From the NCBI GenBank assembly GCA_965367815.1, contig CBDUKN010000008.1, positions 32,001 to 96,000 of the forward strand: DNA of 64,000 nucleotides. The letters are read 5' to 3'. The notes below the pieces were generated by a model. That model was not told where the DNA came from. It worked only from the letters and a program-made list of their open reading frames with translations, and ran no database searches. The DNA comes from an uncultured Thermoprotei archaeon (GTDB taxonomy: Archaea; Thermoproteota; Thermoprotei; Thermofilales; B15-G2). Positions 54,170 to 64,000 of the stretch are shown one piece after another; the stretch's first letter is position 1; each line of letters begins with the position of its first letter. Position numbers and translations under genes: made by a program.

Positions 54170-54991
54170 TCAACTCTTACTCAGTAACGATTTTAACTCT
54201 GCAGCTTTGTTTTCTATAGCTTCTAATGCTTTTAAAACTATTACATCCGACGGCAGGGCTCCTAAATTATCGAACCTGAATATGAAAGTTGTATCGTCGT
54301 ATTCTACTCTGATAGCATTTTCTGGACACACTTTTTCGCACTCTCGACATAAAGAACATTCTATAGAATTTTTAATGATTACTTTATTGTCTTTAATTTC
54401 TAAAACTTTCTTAGGACAGTTTTCTACACATTCTCCGCAGAGAGAACATTTTGCTTCATCAACCTTAACTAATGGAAAATATTTGTAAGCACAGGCAGCT
54501 ACAGGCTGCCACTTAACTTTTTCCTTTCCAAGCCCTAATCTCGCATAAGCTTCCAAGACTATCTTCTGTCCCTTTTCTAGCTTAACTATAGGAATGTTAT
54601 CTTTTACAGGAAAACTTTTGCCGTCTTCAGGTATAAGATGAGATGACTGAACTAGTACAGGTCCATCTTTAGCTTCTACTTCAAGGTATAATCTTACTTG
54701 ACAGCGATTACAGCCAACTCCTCCGCACTCGCACTTCTCTGGAAGTACATAATCTTCTAGGTCTGTTTTCAGCGGTATTAGTGATAATCTGTGGACTAAA
54801 ATTTCGTCATAGAGTACTGAGGTATTTTCTATAATCACTGCATAGTCGACCGCCAGTATTGGCACTTCTGTTAATATAGCTCTCCTTATAGTATTAGCAA
54901 TAGTTGGACTTATTCCTCTGATTATGAATTTTACTTCCTCATTAAATTTTAATATCTCTATACTTATTTCGCTGTAGTCCATGTTATTCAC
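54170..54991 (-). CDS. rpoD: RNA polymerase subunit D (Rpo3) with ferredoxin-like domain
   Basis: ANTIRRA, HRLSLIPL, two CxxCxxCxxxCP motifs. Confidence 0.96.
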   Translation of the reverse strand: MNNMDYSEISIEILKFNEEVKFIIRGISPTIANTIRRAILTEVPILAVDYAVIIENTSVLYDEILVHRLSLIPLKTDLEDYVLPEKCECGGVGCNRCQVRLYLEVEAKDGPVLVQSSHLIPEDGKSFPVKDNIPIVKLEKGQKIVLEAYARLGLGKEKVKWQPVAACAYKYFPLVKVDEAKCSLCGECVENCPKKVLEIKDNKVIIKNSIECSLCRECEKVCPENAIRVEYDDTTFIFRFDNLGALPSDVIVLKALEAIENKAAELKSLLSKS

Positions 54992-55444
54992 TTATCTTAT
55001 TGGCTTTTGTTTTCGTCCCCTAAGCAGTTCTTTTAGTGAAACACCATTGACTTTAATTACTCTAAATCGCACTCCAGGGAGATCGCCGTATGCTCTACCT
55101 TCGGGTCCACCTATTCTCTCAATTATTACTTCGTCGTGCTCATCAACGAAGTTTAGCGCACCGTCACCGGGGAGAAATGCTGTTACTTGTCTACCGTTTT
55201 TGATTAATTGAACACGTACACATTTTCTTACTGCGCTATTAGGCTGGCGGCTTTCTATACCTACTTTTTCTATAACTATTCCTCTAGCCATTGGAGCTCC
55301 TTCGAGGGGGTCTGCTTTCTTAGCTATGCCTAGCATTTTTCTCTTGTAGTATATGTCACTCCACCTAAACTTCTTCCTTTTTAGTCTGAGCTTTCTTGCC
55401 GCAAATAATCCTTTAGGAGATTTTGAGCCGGGCATATCAGTCAC
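54992..55444 (-). CDS. rps12: 30S ribosomal protein S12 (uS12)
   Basis: [17 protein letters not shown]. Confidence 0.97.
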   Translation of the reverse strand: MTDMPGSKSPKGLFAARKLRLKRKKFRWSDIYYKRKMLGIAKKADPLEGAPMARGIVIEKVGIESRQPNSAVRKCVRVQLIKNGRQVTAFLPGDGALNFVDEHDEVIIERIGGPEGRAYGDLPGVRFRVIKVNGVSLKELLRGRKQKPIR

Positions 55445-55487
55445 CTTATTTTCGTTTGGTTTAAATTTTTTTCTATCGTCTTATTGA

Positions 55488-55925
55488 TCACTCTATGATT
55501 ACTTTATCTATTCCAAAGTATCTTTTTGCAAGAATACTTGCCCTACTTATATTTCGGGCATGCTTGCCTATTGCTAGACCCTTCTCCTGCGGAGGAACAG
55601 TAACCCTCGCAACTATTCTTCCGTCACGGTATCTTGTTAGCTCGACGTTTGTTACTTTAGCAGGATATAAGCAATTTTTGATAAGCTCTTTAGGGGTGTC
55701 CGCGTACTCAATTACTTCGATATTTTTGCCTGTAAGCTGCTGTAGTAGTTTTACATTTCGACCTTCCTTTCCTACTGCTGCACCTACTTGTCCTTTTTCA
55801 ACAACAAAAATTATTCTGTTTCGCTCGTGATCTATTACACAATCCTTAACTACTACTCTAGTCAGCGTTTCGAAAAATGCTATATATTTCATTTCTTCTT
55901 CAGTTAGCTTAATTACTTTATTCAT
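55488..55925 (-). CDS. nusA: NusA-like KH protein
   Basis: Two KH motifs (AVGKEG, AIGKH); operon position. Confidence 0.93.
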   Translation of the reverse strand: MNKVIKLTEEEMKYIAFFETLTRVVVKDCVIDHERNRIIFVVEKGQVGAAVGKEGRNVKLLQQLTGKNIEVIEYADTPKELIKNCLYPAKVTNVELTRYRDGRIVARVTVPPQEKGLAIGKHARNISRASILAKRYFGIDKVIIE

Positions 55926-55929
55926 ATTC

Positions 55930-60083
<4,154 letters not shown>

Positions 60084-60084
60084 T

Positions 60085-63000
60085 TTACTCCACCCTATCA
60101 ACAAGCTTCAACCTAGGGGCAATACACATACTCATTAATTCCTGAAGTAATAGCTTAAATGCATAAGACATTACTACAGGATGTAGTGACCCCTTATCTT
60201 TACATAGCGGACATACAGGTCTGCCTCTCTTTACGTCGAAATATCCTATGAAGCCACATTTTTCACATACGTAAGCTACATATTTGTCAGATTCTTCTAG
60301 AAGCCTGTCCTTTAGAAGTATTGATGCTCCATGAGCTACTAAACAGTCACGCTCCATTTCACCGAACCTTAAGCCTCCTTCTCTAGCTCTACCTTCTGTT
60401 GGCTGGCGAGTAAGTATCTGTACAGGACCTCTTGCTCTCGCATGCATTTTATCGGCTACCATGTGGTGTAGCTTCTGGTAGTATACTACTCCTATGAATA
60501 TTTCGGCCTCCATAATTTCTCCTGTTATTCCATTATACATAACTTCCTTACCATCGCTTCTGAAACCTAATTTTAGTAGTGCTTTCCGCAGCACCTCTTC
60601 AGGTTCTCCTTCAAAAGGTGTTCCATCAACAAATCTTCCTTCAAGGGCAGCTACTTTTCCTGCTAGGGACTCTATTAGCTGACCTATAGTCATTCTTGAC
60701 GGGAAAGCGTGTGGATTAATTATTATGTCGGGAACTATTCCGTCTTCTGTAAATGGCATATCTTCCTGAGGCACTATCATGCCAATTACTCCTTTCTGTC
60801 CATGTCTTGAAGCGAACTTATCTCCAAGTTCAGGTATTCGCAGATCTCTTACACGGACTTTTATCAATCTATTTCCTTCCGAAGTTTCAGTTGTTATAAC
60901 AGCATCTACTATTCCTTTCTCTTCATGTCTTAGGCTTACTGAAGTATCTCTTCTCACCATACCTATAGCTCTTGTAAATGCTTCCTCGTAGAACCTTGGA
61001 GGACTTGTTCTACCTATTAGAACTTCTCCTCCTCTAACGAATGTTTCAGGCTCAACTATTCCGTCCTCACTTAAGTGACGATAACTTTCTGACGACCTGT
61101 ATCCTCTTACATCAGGTTGCGGTATCTCAATAGTATCTACTTGTCCTCCGGGGTACTTTCTTTCTTCAGCTTCATAAAGTCTAAAGAATGTAGACCAACC
61201 AACTCCCCTCTCTATTGAGGCTTTATTGAATATCAGCGCGTCTTCCATATTATAGCCGCCATAAGTAATAACTGCTACTACGAGATTCTGGCCTGCTGGA
61301 CGCTCATCATATCCTATGAGCTCTATTCCCTTAGTAGTTACGAGAGGTTTTTGCGGATAATGTAGTAAGTGCATTCTTGAGTCTACTCTATAGCGGTAGT
61401 TTGTAAAAGATATTCCTAAAGCTTGCTTAGCCATGGCTGCCTCGTAGGAGTTTCTAGGAGACTGGTTGTGTTCAGCATAAGGTATTATTGAGGCTATTGC
61501 ACCTAGTATGGCAGAAGGCACTATCTCCATGTGTGTATGCTCTGGGGTTATTTCTTCGGGATTTATCGCTATTAAAGCATTTTCTTCCTCATCGGCATCT
61601 AAGAATTCAATTACACCCATTTTCAGTAAGTCTGTCCAAGTGAGTTTTCCTTCCTTTAAGGCTTGAATATGCGATGGCTTTAATTTAAGCTCTCCGTTTT
61701 CCACTACAAGTAATGGTCTTCTTAGTCTACCTCCATCACAGTTGACATATACTTCGTCTATGATCCATTTCTCTTCAGGTTTTTCAGGCTTTATTAAGTA
61801 TCGTGCAACGTTAACCTCATGAGATATTTTGCCTTGTCTTCTAAGACTTCTAATTTTAGTTACAAGTTCTTCTGGATTAGTGTGCACACCAATGAGCCTT
61901 CCATTAAGATATACTTTCGAGCCTTTAATGTCTTCGTTTCTCGCATCCTCTATCGGTATTACACCCAATTCGTAGAGTAGTGTTTCTATTTCTTTTTCAT
62001 CTATTCCAATGGATATGCTAGCTAGTAGAGCTAGGTTTTTGACTAGCCCACAATTCTGGCCTTCGGGACTCTCATTAGGACAGAGTCTTCCCCACTGCGT
62101 AGGGTGAAGCTCTCTGGCCTCGAAGTGTGGCTGAGATCTGCTGAGAGGCGATACTACTCTTCTTAAGTGACTTAGTGTCGATAGATAATTTGTTCTGTCG
62201 AGAAGCTGGCTTACTCCGGTACGGTTTCCAACCCAGTTTCCTGTAGCCATAGCGTGTCTTAGTCTTTCTGTGACTAAGTCTGCTCTTACTAGTGTAACTA
62301 AGCTTATTTCTCTGCTTCTTGTACGCATTTTTTCTAGCTGATATTTAAGATCATTACAGAACTGCTTAAAAGCTACTCTAAATAGCTGTGCGAGCAGATC
62401 TCCTGCAAGCTTTAATCTCTTATTAGCATAATGATCTTTATCATCCGGAGGTCTTCTGCCTAAGACTACCTCAAGTAGCTTCTCAGCCATTTGTCCTAAG
62501 AAATAAGCTTTCTTTCTTCTTGTTTCAGGAGAAGAGTCTGTACCTAAGTGCGGAAGCAAATACTTGTCTATTATCTGACATGCTTTTTCTATTCTCACGT
62601 CTCTTGTCTGTCCTATAGCGGCTCTGCTACCAATATAGTCTAAGGCGTCTTCAACAGTGTCTATTCCACTAGCTATCTCTAGAGATATTCTGAACTCATT
62701 CTGAATATCAGGATCATCGGACACCGCTAGTACTATTTCACGGTCTGTCTCAAGGCCTAGTGCCCTCATTACAACTACTATAGGCAATCTAGAAGGTACT
62801 GCCGGAATAGTTAAGTAAAGCCCTCCGTCTTTCAGTCTTTCAAGAACTACTGGTATTCGGTAGGCGGCTGTAGCTGAAAATACTTTAGCTGTATGTGTGA
62901 CTGAGGAACTTATTCCGCCAACATCTACAAGTACTTTATTTACTGCAAGATCTTCTTGGATTACAAGTACTCTTTCGGACCCGTTTATTATAAAGTATCC

Positions 63001-63465
63001 ACCTGGGTCTTTTGGATCCTCTTTAATAATTATTATCTCTTCTTCAGACATTCTAGAAAGAGGACATTTAATTGACTTTACCATAATAGGCATTTCTCCT
63101 ATGTACACTTTATCACTATCTCTTCGCTCATTGTTGACGTAGAGAGCCATTTCGAGATACATTGGCGCAGAATAAGTAAGATTCCTTAACCTAGCTTCCA
63201 TAGGCGTGATCGCAGTTTCTGTACCATCAGCTTCTCTTACTCGAGGCTCGCCTACTTCTATCTTACCTAATTTAACAAATACTGTTCCATCAGCTGTTTC
63301 AACTATTCCCTGCTCGTCCACTATTTGCTGCAATTTGTGTTCAATAAAATTATTATATGAATCTAAGTGCTGTCTAACTAGTCCATATTCCTTGATGAAT
63401 GCTCTAACCAGAACCCATCTATCTTCAGGAGTTATAAAATTATTATTAGATTTCATAATTTTCAC
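60085..63465 (-). CDS. rpoB: RNA polymerase subunit B (unsplit)
   Basis: [22 protein letters not shown]. Confidence 0.98.
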   Translation of the reverse strand: MKIMKSNNNFITPEDRWVLVRAFIKEYGLVRQHLDSYNNFIEHKLQQIVDEQGIVETADGTVFVKLGKIEVGEPRVREADGTETAITPMEARLRNLTYSAPMYLEMALYVNNERRDSDKVYIGEMPIMVKSIKCPLSRMSEEEIIIIKEDPKDPGGYFIINGSERVLVIQEDLAVNKVLVDVGGISSSVTHTAKVFSATAAYRIPVVLERLKDGGLYLTIPAVPSRLPIVVVMRALGLETDREIVLAVSDDPDIQNEFRISLEIASGIDTVEDALDYIGSRAAIGQTRDVRIEKACQIIDKYLLPHLGTDSSPETRRKKAYFLGQMAEKLLEVVLGRRPPDDKDHYANKRLKLAGDLLAQLFRVAFKQFCNDLKYQLEKMRTRSREISLVTLVRADLVTERLRHAMATGNWVGNRTGVSQLLDRTNYLSTLSHLRRVVSPLSRSQPHFEARELHPTQWGRLCPNESPEGQNCGLVKNLALLASISIGIDEKEIETLLYELGVIPIEDARNEDIKGSKVYLNGRLIGVHTNPEELVTKIRSLRRQGKISHEVNVARYLIKPEKPEEKWIIDEVYVNCDGGRLRRPLLVVENGELKLKPSHIQALKEGKLTWTDLLKMGVIEFLDADEEENALIAINPEEITPEHTHMEIVPSAILGAIASIIPYAEHNQSPRNSYEAAMAKQALGISFTNYRYRVDSRMHLLHYPQKPLVTTKGIELIGYDERPAGQNLVVAVITYGGYNMEDALIFNKASIERGVGWSTFFRLYEAEERKYPGGQVDTIEIPQPDVRGYRSSESYRHLSEDGIVEPETFVRGGEVLIGRTSPPRFYEEAFTRAIGMVRRDTSVSLRHEEKGIVDAVITTETSEGNRLIKVRVRDLRIPELGDKFASRHGQKGVIGMIVPQEDMPFTEDGIVPDIIINPHAFPSRMTIGQLIESLAGKVAALEGRFVDGTPFEGEPEEVLRKALLKLGFRSDGKEVMYNGITGEIMEAEIFIGVVYYQKLHHMVADKMHARARGPVQILTRQPTEGRAREGGLRFGEMERDCLVAHGASILLKDRLLEESDKYVAYVCEKCGFIGYFDVKRGRPVCPLCKDKGSLHPVVMSYAFKLLLQELMSMCIAPRLKLVDRVE

Positions 63466-63704
63466 CCAGGTACAACAAGCCTTAAAGCTATAGCCTCACC
63501 AGCAGTAGGACTTTTTCTAATAATAGCTATAACGTCTCCAGGCTTCGCTCCAAGAGCTCTCGCAGCAGGATCAGAAGCTCTGATCCAAGGCAAATCATAT
63601 CTTTTTAAACCCATACGCTTTAAGAGTATTTTAGCTTCCTCCTTACTTAACAATATATGTTTTGGCACATATTCATGTTTAAATATATTAATTTTCTTAA
63701 CCAT
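63462..63704 (-). CDS. rpoH: RNA polymerase subunit H (Rpo5)
   Basis: [23 protein letters not shown]. Confidence 0.97.
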   Translation of the reverse strand: MVKKINIFKHEYVPKHILLSKEEAKILLKRMGLKRYDLPWIRASDPAARALGAKPGDVIAIIRKSPTAGEAIALRLVVPG

Positions 63705-63951
63705 AGGTAATATCCCCTCCAGAACGCATTAGCGTGAGGAATCCCAGCACTATGCTATAAACTTTTCCCTTATAAAATTTATGTCGCTTCTCGATTATTT
63801 TAAGCTATCCTTTCTAATTGGACAGGTATTTCGATTGCTACTACCCATTTTACTTCGATATCATTCTATTAAATCAATGCAGAAAAACTATGTATCTTAT
63901 TTAAATCGCTAAAATAGAAAACCTTAAATGAGAGTTGTGGTGGATTGTTTT

Positions 63952-64000
63952 GGGCCCGTAGCTTAGCCTGGTAGAGCACCGGGCTTTTAACCCGGGGGTC
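63952..64000 (+). tRNA. tRNA-Lys(TTT), 5' part (truncated by window end)
   Basis: GGGCCCG-TAGCTTAGCCTGGTAGAGC-A-CCGGG-CT TTT AA-CCCGG. Confidence 0.88.

Noticed and set aside
63724-63736. Similarity of the rpoH leader (CACGCTAATGCGT) to the tRNA-Gly intron (CACGCTATAATGCGT)
   Set aside because: The flanks cannot form the 4-bp central helix or bulges; a short match, probably chance.

Overview
Core, AT-rich chromosome segment of a Thermoproteota (crenarchaeal, Thermofilales/Thermoproteales-like) archaeon: fused RpoB, split RpoA'/A'', and eS24/eS31/eL14/eL34. It carries rearranged S10/spc/alpha/str ribosomal clusters, the RNA polymerase operon, the exosome-proteasome operon, KEOPS, EF-1a/EF-2, Cdc6-RFC, RtcB-archease, an ECF transporter and four tRNA genes, two of them with introns. 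Main discovery: the ribosomal protein uS5 gene (rps5) is interrupted by a 24-nt stop-containing insert (30590-30613). The insert forms a perfect canonical bulge-helix-bulge (BHB) splicing substrate, so it is a tRNA-type intron in an essential mRNA other than cbf5. The known-type cbf5 intron is also present (47198-47219), and the two intron hairpins are nearly identical, suggesting spread of a BHB mini-intron between protein-coding genes. The first ~1.15 kb is accessory: the 5' end of a TnpB-like ORF and a cluster of promoter-bearing structured ncRNA candidates, including a ~330-nt RNA with a K-turn and a possible pseudoknot. RNase P protein genes are missing from their usual loci, and all four tRNA genes have promoter spacing compatible with near-leaderless transcription. 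All calls were made by eye from motifs and synteny; no database searches or folding programs were run.
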